Assembly (NCBI RefSeq): GCF_001194135.2
Contig: NC_068984.1
Coordinates: 136,205,738-136,269,737 of the forward strand
Reading direction: 5' to 3'
Length of the DNA stretch: 64,000 nucleotides
From: Octopus bimaculoides
Lineage: Eukaryota
The translations under genes were made by a program, and so were the position numbers. Below the pieces are notes generated by a model that ran no database searches, was not told where the DNA came from, and worked only from the letters and a program-made list of their open reading frames with translations. Numbering within the stretch: the first letter of the stretch is position 1; each line of letters starts with the position of its first letter. Of this stretch, positions 52,976-64,000 are shown piece by piece.

Positions 52976-55900
52976 GAATGGTTTTATAATATTCTCTATT
53001 CATAGGCTACAAAATATTTTCAGAACACCTTAACTCATTACATACCCTCGCAAAATATTTTTTTCTTTTCAATTAATAAGGCACTGATTGATTAACTTGT
53101 GTTGTAGATATTGTTTGCAAAATGCTATAAATATACTTGACACTATATCTCCTTTCGTGGCAACAAATCAGTTTCTCTAAATATGATTTTCTTTGCTTGT
53201 TTAATTCGAGCAAATAAAGTCGTATGGCATGTCATATAAACTAAATGTTTATTTCGGAATGTTTAGGTTTGATTTATGTTATTTTGCTATTGTTTATAGC
53301 CATTTATAGAATCATTCTCTAATATGTAATTTTTTTTTTTTTTTTCAAAAAATTTCAGTTACCGTATTTACATCAATTTTTATTTATCATTTCTTGATTC
53401 AGGAGGAAGTGGTAGTGTTCATGACGTTTGGAAACCCTCCGAAAAAGGTAAAGCGTATAGCATTAATATTCATCATGAACTTCTGTATTTCAAGAACTGC
53501 GCGAAAGATATAAGCGTAAAAGGAATTTCAAGATAGAGAGATGACGTTCTGAGAATTAGGGACTGTATGATAGAAATAACAATGGCAAAATAAGAAAAGA
53601 TTAGTTAGTCGGGATTATCTAAGTATGGTTGGCTTAAACTTTAACAGCTAAATCTTTATGCAAGATATTGAAGGGATTATTTTAGTTTCAAAACATTCTC
53701 CCTGTTTTTTTCTTGGGTGAAATCTGGATTTTACTGTATTTTAAATAGAATTTTCGTTTATAAATTATTTTAGCAATTTAATATATATTGCTCTGGGTGA
53801 AACACTTTTCACAATGGTATCTTCTTTTATATCTGTCTTCATTTGCTAGAGATAGCAGGTTGTCATATTCATGTCTAAAATAACATTTGCGTGCTTATTT
53901 TTGGTTATAGTGTTTTTTAACCATTTGATATTTGTCGTTTTGAAACATTTGCACTTCAATACATTCAGTAATCAATAAGACGTCTGCAGTATGACCGAAT
54001 GGCCGGGAAGATTGTTTCAGAATCAGGATGTCCAGAAATTAATTCCACTGTATGACCTCTTGGGCATGTCATCTTTTATAATTATGTGAATTTAGATAAA
54101 AGGAAGCATTCAGAAACCCGATGGACGGATTGTACTTGTAATTTGAAATTCGACCCTTGTCGCGCACAATCTCGCTCCGAGTTTGTATATTATATTAAGG
54201 TAACGTATTTTCAGAATACACATCCACATTCGCATTAATTCAACGAGTTGGTAATAATTCAGCTGAAGAGACAGCGGAATCTTCATCGTCGAAAATGACG
54301 AAGATCCATTAACTCTACTCATTTGCCGCCCTATTTCATTTCCTCATTTCAATTTTTACTTCTCAATTGACCAATCCAAATTCATTTTCTAAAGTTTCCT
54401 TTCCATGTCATTTGTTTCAGATCTTTTCTTTCATCAGAATTGATTAAAACCGCTTCATTTATTCAAAGATTCTTAATTTTATTTTATTTTGTTCCAAGGA
54501 TGTTCTCGGTTATTGTTTCTTCAAAGGTTTCTCTTAGTTCTTGAATATTAATATTTGCATCTAATAATAATAAAGGTGCACATTTTCCTCATATCTCTGT
54601 TTTGAATTCTGTTGTTATGTTAAAGTCTTTAAATTTTTGAAGGTCATATTTTCTTCTTATATTTTGGTTTTTCTTGACTAATTTGAATCTTAGGAGCAGT
54701 TAGTATCTTCGAATATCGTTCATACAGTATCATGTTATAACACTCTATTAAAAACAAATAATGCTTTATTATAATCTTCTAAAATATATTCATGCATGCT
54801 GCATGTTTCAACATGCATTTATTGCCTTTGTTGGTGTTTTTTATTCGTTTAAATCTAATCATCTTTTTTTTAAAATCACGAAATAAATAAATAGGGTAAT
54901 GATTATATATTCTTATTTAGTACCTAAAAACACACAGCATTATGCATATGGTGATACAAATTTATTCGTATTACGATAAACAACAGAAAATGCATATTGT
55001 TAGATACATTTTAAATAATTTATACAACAATTCGAAATAATGATACAGGCATATGTGATAATTTGGCTGGACATAAAATATTGTAAAAATTCTGGAAATA
55101 ATCTAATGATACCTGCTCTGCGATTTTGTTGTAAAGATATACGTTCTAATGAAGTCTTGTCTCTTCTTTTAGATTGTCTTTCATAAGCACACAACATACA
55201 TTTTTTTTTTTTTATAAAGTACTAGTTCTTTAACTTATTCTATGAATTATAAGCATATAAATAAAATGGATTTCCAGACCTGCAAAAACAAAAATGTAGG
55301 TTTGTTTTTTTATGTATAATTTTTTTGTTTTTTATTTAGTCGATAATGACAAATTCATAAAGTTCCAACTGATTATAGCTATTTCGGATTCTAAATCTCA
55401 TCAGTGTGGCATCGAGATCATGACTGCAACTTTTGAAATTACAGTTGAAAATGGCGAGCACATTGATTTATTCATTAACTTTCCAGTTCAACAATTTGTA
55501 TGTATGAAATATCAAGGAAAGCTGCATTTTTGAAATGTGAAACGCCTCTACTATCATATCGACTGCAGCATCATCCTCTGTATTAACTGAATTGTAGAAG
55601 GCGGTGATTTCCATGCCCTAAAAGATCAACAAACACGTATACCTATCATATCAGCAGAAATAGGATTTCATGTGTCTTGTTGCTTACTACTCTCAAAACA
55701 CTGACGGGAGAAGTAGAAAAGGTAAGAATAGCGAAAGGAAATAGATCGACAGTCTGTCGCAGATCTGGAGTAGAAAAAAACTTCCATCGATGGGGTCGCG
55801 GATAGTGACGAAAGCACTTTGACAAACCTATTCACTTACCGGTTGATTAAACGATTAATCAATTGATTAGTTAATTGGTTAAATGTTAAATTGACTGATA

Positions 55901-56299
55901 ATAATAAAAGCAGTGAAATAGAATCAGTGCGTATGTTTAACACTGGTGCAATGACTCTTGCGAAATGCAACATTTTTTTTAAAGAAATAAGAGCTTTTAA
56001 AAATATTCTGGGTTGTTTCCCAAGTATCTCATCTGACTAAGGCGAAGATAATTTATATCAATATTAAAAATGTAAGAATGCTGTCTATCACTGCATCTGG
56101 AAGCACTCGAAATTTGGCTCCATTTATAATCGAATAATATCTTTAAATGGAGGAGATAAAATCGATGAGATTCTTAAATATCCCACCAAACGAAGATTAT
56201 ATTATTGTTCTTGACAGTTTGTACTGATGAATTGTTTCGCAAATTCTAATTATTTTATTCCCCAGTTAGTTCTTCCCGCAAGCCTTATGTACAAAATAT

Positions 56300-56595
56300 T
56301 CCTCTCAAAATATCCCGAGTATCTCACCCAATCTTCGCATTTCACTCACTTTGAATTAATAATTATGTCTTTTATGCTTTGTCTGCCGATTGCTTTCTTG
56401 TTGTCATAATCGCTAGTTTGGGCACAAATCTGGATAATAATTAAGATAGCGTATGGCTTAGTTGTTAAACCATTTGAACATATTCTACTGGAAATCAGTC
56501 CGTAATATATAACTGAATTTAAGTTAATTCTAGGCACCATGAAACCTGTAATAGTTTTGTGTTGACTCAACGCTAAACTGTGAACTATGTCCATT
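56300..56595 (-). mobile_element. Decayed RTE endonuclease fragment
   Basis: TKPYAILIIIQICAQTSDYDN resembles KPFN.T.IQVYAPTSDYDD; followed by KDIII...NAKIG. Confidence 0.7.
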
Positions 56596-56604
56596 AGCTG
56601 CGAT

Positions 56605-56812
56605 ATGGCAGTATTGTTAGCGCGCCGGGAGAAATGCTGAGCGGCATTTCGTCTGTCTTAACGTTCTCAGTTCAAATCCCGCCGAGGTCAGCTATACCTT
56701 TTATTATGTCGGTGTCGATAAAATAAGTACCAGTTGGACACTGGGATCGAAGTATTCCACTTACTCCCTTCCCTAAAAGTGTTGTCCTCCTGCCAGAATT
56801 TGAAACCAATTT
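56605..56812 (+). mobile_element. SINE family B, near full length
   Basis: tgcgatatggcagtattgttagcgcgccggg...gttcaaatcccgccgaggtc...gaatttgaaacc. Confidence 0.9.
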
Positions 56813-57057
56813 TCTACATTTTACTCATCATATTTCAGCAATCCCAAAAACATTACAAAAACATCTCTTCATTCTATTATTAAAAAATATATTTTCAGTA
56901 GGAATAACATTTTCTTATATTCAAAGTTCTACTACTAAAAGTGATATCTACATTCTTTTAGTTTTTGGTTTAGTTTGGTGTTGTTCTTAATCATATTGTC
57001 TCAGTAGTAAAACAAAAGAATGGAGGGGATAAATGCTTTTATCCTGGGCCTCAACAA

Positions 57058-57237
57058 ATTTGGTATCACAGCTGAATTCAGTCATATAATTATACGGTGT
57101 CTCAATTGGTAAGCTACATCTTTGAAATGTGAAACGCCTCTACTATCATATCGACTGCAGTATCATCCTCTGTATTAACCGAACTGGTGTCACAGCTGAG
57201 TTCAGTCATATAATTATACGGTGTCTCAATTAGTAAG
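57058..57237 (+). repeat. About 55-bp direct repeats flanking a copy of 55519-55592
   Basis: A (57058-57113), B (57111-57186), A (57182-57237). Confidence 0.92.
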
Positions 57238-58844
57238 ATATATGTCTTTGACCGAAGTACTGATGATCATTGTCTTCTTATTAGAAGCCCTTCCTCCATT
57301 GGACAAAAACGTTTATTTTTAATATTGCTGTGAATATATATACACGTTCCTCACCTACAATCTTAATGGAATCGGCCTGTTTAGAAATTACCTATTAACT
57401 AACTAACCGTGAAATAGGTAGCACTATGATAGCTGGTATCATTAGTAGGTAAAAACGGCAAAACACATGATGTTAAGTAGAGGAAGAACCACATCGAAGA
57501 TGGATACACAGATAAATCTAAAGTCGAGTATAACAGGTACATTTATGCAACACATTCATAAATTCCACAAAAGCAAGTATGAGTTTGAACAACGGTCAAA
57601 GAGGACAAGTAATATGCCGGAAATATGAAACACCCTCAACTGTTGTATTTGCATACCAGATGAAATATTGTTTCTTTGTAGTTTTCTCAATTATCTCCAT
57701 ACGAGTTCTAAGGCTTGAAAGTTGTATATTACTCCATTAGTAACTTGATAAGAATTGAACTACTTTAGATCTGTTTAAAGTAGGTTGAAACCACTTAATG
57801 TAGATTTTGGCCGAGGTTTCTATACCTTTAGTTTTTAAATTAAGTACCGTCGGATCATCCAATGCCTGGTCTTTGGATCTGCTGCCTATGGCACAATGAT
57901 AGCAATAACGTTGTTAATTCACACACAAACATTCCTTTGTGGTTAGACTACAATACGAAGAACACATTAGAAGTTGGATATACCAAGCTTTTCAATCAAC
58001 TAGAAATGTTCTATAAAGATAGATAAACCTTAAATGACTGCACATAAATAGGATTTCCTCTTTTTCATTCGCATTATATTCAAAATTTCTTCCGCATTAT
58101 TTATGTTCTTTTATGTTCAATGAAACATAATAGCAACGATGGCTGGCCTGTACCAAATATTTAACCTCATGAAAGAGGCATTAATAAATAACACAGAGCT
58201 AATTCTTTCTTCACATTTATATCATTAACTTGACAAGTGCATTCAATAGGAGGCCAAAGAAATATTGAAGCTTAACTGGGACAACGACTTCGCATTTGAA
58301 AACACATAAACAGGAGGAAAAAAGATCAATTGGAAAATATATATAACATATATTTTGTCAGTCTGCAAACACAGAGGAGTCCTTTGAAAATGTCGCCAAC
58401 GCATCGAGTCTATAATTGAATAAAAAGACTGTTATTCAAACACAAAAAGCCCACAAAATAACGATGTTCGGTTGTTAACAGGGAAAAAAGTTAGGAGACT
58501 GAAGCAGATTCCCCTATCATTATCATTACCATTTTTTGTATCGATTCTGATGTTGTTGTTGTTGTTCTTGTTGTTGTTGTTGTTTTTGGTGTTTGCAATG
58601 AACGGATGTGTTTATGAAAGTATCTTTCTCTCGATGGTAAAAGAGGGTTCTCTTTTTATATGATATTATTTTGTCAGCAAATGATCCGAGAATGTTCAAG
58701 TGTTCGCCCCCACTAAGCAGGAATCGTTGGAGAAATAAGGTTTGTCATGAAACAAGCAAATACTGGTTATTCATGACTTTATATAGGCTCCGCTGGAAAA
58801 TCGCACTAACAGGCGACTAAGAATTCGGATCTCCTGCTTATCTC

Positions 58845-59130
58845 TCTCTTTTACTCTTTTACTTGTTTCAGTCATTTGACTGCGGCCACGCTGGAGCACC
58901 GACTTTAGTCGATCAAATCAACCCCTCGACTTAAGCCTAGTACTTATTCTATCGGTCTCTTTTGCCGAACCGCTAGGTGACTGGGACTAAACACACCATC
59001 ATCGGTTGTCAAGCAATGCTAGGGGGACAAACACAGACACACAAACACACAGACACACACACACACGCACACACACACACACACACGCACGCACGCACGC
59101 ACGCACGCACACACACACATATATATATAT
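58845..59130 (-). mobile_element. SINE family A, 3' half
   Basis: tttactcttttacttgtttcagtcatttgactgcggcc...gacaaacacagacac plus (CA)n. Confidence 0.92.
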
Positions 59131-59229
59131 GAAATTGCTTCTTCCTCTGTGCTGCAAATACTAGGTATTGAAGAAGGAGGAGACAATCAATAAACTATAT
59201 CTTAATGATTTGTTTCGATTTTGTAACTT

Positions 59230-60250
59230 TATTGTATCAAAAGTGTGTTAGAAATGTTTGAAGTTCCTTGTAGAGCTATTTCTCTATGCTCAGCTATTCG
59301 TAAAGCTGGAATCTTGGTTATTCCTTTATCTGCATGGCTTAATCTTTTCTAATTCAGATTGTTTGTTTTCAGTATCCGTGTTCACATAACATTTAGTTGT
59401 AGCTTTTGTTTTTTATCTCTAGATCATTTCTGAATTTTTTTGGAGAAACGTACATCATCGTCTGGTTGTGTATGATATTTTAAGTAGAAGGCACTTCTTT
59501 CGAATAATTCATAGCAAGAATGACAGCGACATTATTTCTGACCTTTTTGCCTGCTTGTACTGAAATATCACACACTATTGTGGATTCGTCCTTGTTTTGG
59601 AATATTAATTCAGTCACTCTCCTGTTGGCATTTCATAATCTTGAGATAAACTCTATTGCAATTCCCAACTATCATGTTTGCTGATGTATTTTAACTCGCC
59701 AAAGACTGCAAGCCCTTGACAATCAAGTCAATTATTTCCTAATAACCTGCACATAATCTATTGTTGTTTAATGTATTCTGCTTCATTATTTACTTTTATT
59801 TGGTACTATTTACAATGCTTCTCATTCTATACTATAATTAATAATCTTGATGTCTCAGTTTTCAGTTCTAAACTTTTCAACCAGTATTGGAATTTTCTTT
59901 TGTCTATTTCTTCGCACTTATTGGTCAAGCATATTCTGCCATTGCTTTATGATGACATATTGTAACACTATTTCTAACTAAGTTTTCACTTTTATATATA
60001 TATTCTTTATTTGTTTCTCCATTTCGCTCACAGCAAAAAATGTCATGTTAGCTCTTGGTTTTTATATCTCTTCTTTCTTGAAGATGAAGCAATTTTTATT
60101 TAACTCTTTGAACTTGTGTCTATTTATTTTCCATTTGTTGTCCTTTACCAGACATATGTTTTTAGTCCTACAATAGACATTTCATGAAAGAATTTTATTT
60201 GCGTAAGGCCATTTCCAATCAAGATTCGGATGATAAATTTTAAAGTTGTC
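59230..60250 (-). mobile_element. Heavily decayed non-LTR RT region
   Basis: Fragments NGLTQIKFF, AVFGELKYISKHDSWE and QPDDDVRF follow the order expected for DG..EF, LD..KAFD.V.W and YADD. Confidence 0.35.
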
Positions 60251-60453
60251 ATTCTTTTCTTGTTTTCCTGTCAACTCTTGCTAAGTAATTTAGTTTCAGC
60301 TGAGACTATTATAAATATAATTTATTATTAAGACAAGCATCCTCCTATTTCATCTTATTTATTTACTTATTTATTGGTACCTAACTCTGTTGGAAGATTA
60401 ATCAAATGCAGTTATAATTTTCTTTCCTAAATGTTCTTTTATTTATGTTGTGC

Positions 60454-60949
60454 ATATATGTAAGTCTGTACGGTGGTGAGCTGGCAGAAACGTTAGCACG
60501 CCGGGCGAAATGCTTAGCGGTATTGTTACTTGTGATTAAGTCTGTGGTGTTTTTTTTGCTTGAAAATTAGTGTTGAAATTGTTGAAATTGTTGTTGCTGA
60601 ATTCGTTCCTTGTTCTGTTGTTAGATATAGCGTTCTGCCTGTAACAGACGGTGTGAACTCTTTCTGTGGCGTTTTTCCACAAATTTTGAGGCCAATCTAA
60701 ACGATTGGCCCCCATCCCCAAAATGTTAGGCCTTGTACCTAGTGTAGAAAAGAATATATGTAAGCTTGTTATTTCGTCTGTCTTTACATTCTGAGTTCAA
60801 ATTTCGCCGAGTTCGACTTTGCCTTTCATCCTTTCGGGGTCTATTAATTAAGTACCAATTGCGTACTGGCGTCGATCTAATCGACTGACTCCCTCTCAAA
60901 AAATTTCGGGCCTTGTGCCTAGAGTAAAATATAATATATGTAAGTTTGT
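60454..60949 (+). mobile_element. SINE family B with an internal insertion and triplicated flank
   Basis: Head 60470-60524, insert 60525-60773, body resumes at tcgtctg. atatatgtaagNNtgt at 60454, 60754 and 60934. Confidence 0.85.
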
Positions 60950-61640
60950 GTTTGTTCTAATTCTTTTGTCTGCTTCTTTAACTAATATTATTGTCACGTT
61001 CTTAGTTTTCCTCTCTTCAGATTTGCCTTGGTGTGCATTTTTCTAATACGAATCACATATCAATGCTTTTGATAATTCAGTGTAATATTTCTGGCAGTAT
61101 CTCTAATTGTCTATAATCAGCCACTTACAACTTAACATCATTCTCTGACAGTATTTCTATTAGTGCGCATTATTATTTAATATGTCACTTAAAGGTGTTC
61201 AAGCAAGGGAGAAATGGAGTGAAAATTGGTCGTTAACTTAGATTATATATCATACCTATTGGAGTTTTCTCGATGTATATATTTCCTTCCCTTTTTTTTT
61301 TTTTTTGAGAATATGCAGAATTATTTGTCATATAATCTTAATGATTTTTCAGGCTAACTTACGCGCTGATAACAGCCTTCTGGTAGTCAATACATGGCAT
61401 GCTGTCACTCTTGCTTCTACAGTTTAAGTTCAAAACATTGTTGATACTAACTGATACTTGCATCCATAAGAGACTTTGTAACATCTATTCTGTTCTTCTC
61501 AAAAAAACAAAAAAACAAATCCATGTTTTCTTTCTTTGTCGTTTTGTGAGAAGTGATATATATAGTCTCCGGGCTTGACCCAAGTATTTGCAGTAGAGTG
61601 AAGACTTCTAAGGGAACCCTCTTCTAAGTAAAAAGTAATC

Positions 61641-62047
61641 GTGTGGCTGTGTGGTAAGTAGCTTGCTTACGAACCACATGGTTCCGGGTTCAGTCCCACT
61701 GCGTGGCACCTTGGGCAAGTGTCTTCTACTATAGCCTCGGGCCGACCAAAGCCTTGTGAGTGGATTTGGTAGACGGAAACTGAAAGAGGCCCGTCGTATA
61801 TATGTATATATATGTATGTGTGTGTGTATGTTTGTGTGCCTGTGTTTGTCCACCACCCCCAACATCACCTGACAACCGATGCTGGTGTGTTTACGTCCCT
61901 GTAACTTAGCGGTTCGGCAAAAGAGACTGATAGAATAAGTACTAGGCTTCCAAAGAATAAGATCTGGGGTCGATTTGCTCGACTAAAGGCGGTGCTCCAG
62001 CATGGCCACAGTCAAATGACTGAAACAGGTAAAAGAGTAAAAGAGTA
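61641..62047 (+). mobile_element. SINE family A, full-length reference copy
   Basis: tRNA-like head (tggctgtgtggtaag; gggttcagtccc), CORE-like caccttgggcaagtgtcttc, central microsatellite, (GAGTAAAA) tail repeats. Confidence 0.95.
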
Positions 62048-62344
62048 TCAAACCATGCAACGAATTACATCTACCACTTAAAAATTCAGAAAACAAATAG
62101 GCAGAACATATATTGTAAGGCTACATCATTGCCCTGGATGAGTATGATTTTTATTGATCCTTAATGGATGGAAGGTAATGTTGGCCTCGGCAAGATGTGA
62201 ACTGAGAGTGGAGCGAGCTGGAATACATATTGAAAGGCATATTGTCCATGAGTAACGAATCGAGCAATTTACAGAATTTATACTCTCTGTGATATTATTA
62301 TTGTTAAACTTCTGTATATAGTAGGAAGAGAGGAAATGTCAAAG

Positions 62345-62581
62345 GGAAATATTCAGAATCATGTCAAAATCGCTAACTTCAAGGAATATTTATATAGAAA
62401 GACGAAAACATCTGTATAAAAGTTACGTGCAGTCCATATTTTGTAAAACATGGGGAGCGAAGAAAATGTTATCTGACAAACTAGAATTTACAGTATTGAC
62501 ATACAGAAGAATGTTAAAAATATCTTGCACAAAACGAAACTAATGAAGAAGTGCTACAATCTGTAAACCCCCAAAAGATCA
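62345..62581 (+). mobile_element. RTE LINE C-terminal fragment
   Basis: MSKSLTSRNIYIERRKHLYKSYVQSI...TW...YRRMLKISCT...TNEEVL matches the RTE C-terminus (RRMLRISWT..TNEEVL). Confidence 0.78.
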
Positions 62582-63320
62582 TTACTCTCACCTAATATTG
62601 GTTTCATATTTTAGAACAAGGCCAGCAATTTTGGGGAAGGATAAGTCGATGATATCGACCCCTCAGTTTTTAATTGGTACTTATTTCATCGACCCTAGGA
62701 AGATCGAAGGCAAACTCGACTTCGACGACATTTGAACTCGGTGCGTAAAGACAGTTGAAATGCCACCAAGCACTTTGCCCGGCGTGCTAAAAATTCCGTT
62801 AACTTGCTGGCTTACTCTCAACTAATATTCTTTTCTACTCAAAGCACGAGGCCCAAAATTCTTCGGNNNNNNNNNNNNNNNNNNNNNNNNNNNNNNNNNN
62901 NNNNNNNNNNNNNNNNNNNNNNNNNNNNNNNNGCGTAACTGGTACTTAATTTATCGACCCCGAATGGCAAAGTCGACCTCGGCGGAATTTGAACTCAGAG
63001 CATATAGACAGACGAAATACCGCTAAGCACTTCACCCAGCGTGCTAACGTTTCTTATTTCTTTACTGCCCACAAGGGGCTAAACATAGAGGGGACAAACA
63101 TAGACAGACAAAGTGATTAAGTCGATTACATCGATCCCAGTGCGTAACTGGTACTTAATTTATCGACCCCGAACGGATAAAAGGCAAAGTCGACTTCGGC
63201 GGAATTTGAACTCAGACGAAGTTCAGACAAAAAAAAAAAAGACAGACGAAAAACTGTTAAGCACGTAACCCAACGTGCTAACGTTTCTGCCAGCTCACCA
63301 CCTTACTCTCAGCTAATATT
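62582..63320 (-). mobile_element. Three tandem SINE family B copies
   Basis: Three cores; ttactctcaNctaatatt at 62582, 62812 and 63303. Confidence 0.88.
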
Positions 63321-63519
63321 ATAAACAAGCTAAAGTACTTTGGTCATATACTAAGAGCAGAAGGTATAAAAAGTGTACTACAGCAAAAGGAAAAATAAAT
63401 GGCAAATGTTCAAGACGAAGATCTAGAACAAACTGTTCCTTTGACCATATGTATGAAAATGGATTCTGATCAGTGAGGCAGTCAGCTACTGGGTAACTCT
63501 GCTCGCTTTTTTTTTTACG

Positions 63520-64000
63520 CAGACAAAAGCAAATTTCTAGTACAAATTCCACTATATTGTTGCCTGTATGTTCATTAGATATTTCGATGCAACATCAGCT
63601 ATGGTCACATTTCAATCTTTGTATATTATCCTTTTGGCTGAACAGTCTTTTCGATAGGCCTCTTCCACTCCTGCTTACATTATTCCTCTATTTCCGTTCT
63701 TCGGTAATCCAGTAACCCTTTCTTTAGGTACAGCCATTTGTTCTTGTCATCTCCTGTCTCTTCCGTCTTCCTCAAAAACTTTGAGAGAAGCTTCTTTTCT
63801 TCGAAGCTTCATTTCCTCGTTTCGACTCTTTCTTGTTTTCTCGTTTTTGATTCTTCATATCTTGTAAATCATCCTCCGCCTCCTACCTGCAGTTTTACAA
63901 CCTCTTTGAGAATCGTTAACTCTTTTCCTCCTTCCGCTCTTTTGCATGTTGTGAGCTGCTTCCAGATTTCATTTTACCACAGGTCCTCCCTCCGTTCGAT
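63520..64000 (-). mobile_element. Decayed R4/Dong-like fragment
   Basis: DKNKWLYLKKG..., GIM*AGVEEAYR..., KRIIYKD resemble DK.KSW.WL.KG.L...EG.I.AAQEQALRT...KI.K. Confidence 0.45.

Overview
AT-rich, repeat-dense eukaryotic scaffold with eight N-gaps, most of them flanked by simple repeats. The SINE, mariner and LINE families resemble those I recall from Octopus/coleoid cephalopod genomes (inference, not a database result). No complete protein-coding gene, intact tRNA, rRNA or CRISPR array can be supported, and most six-frame ORFs are microsatellite or gap artefacts. The window holds three or more tRNA-derived SINE families in many copies, decayed Tc1/mariner (including a DD37D maT-type), RTE, R4/Dong and Penelope-like fragments, MITEs and microsatellites. 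A few short minus-strand segments have good splice signals and compatible phases and may be exons of a long-intron gene (low confidence). The most notable observation is a head-to-head inverted element at 3.56-4.06 kb that joins a tRNA-like Pol III head to a degenerate minimal hammerhead ribozyme of the Penelope type. Also notable are a 182-bp spacerless palindrome, a 750-bp fold-back, a locally templated insertion, and SINE multimers punctuated by repeated target-site motifs.
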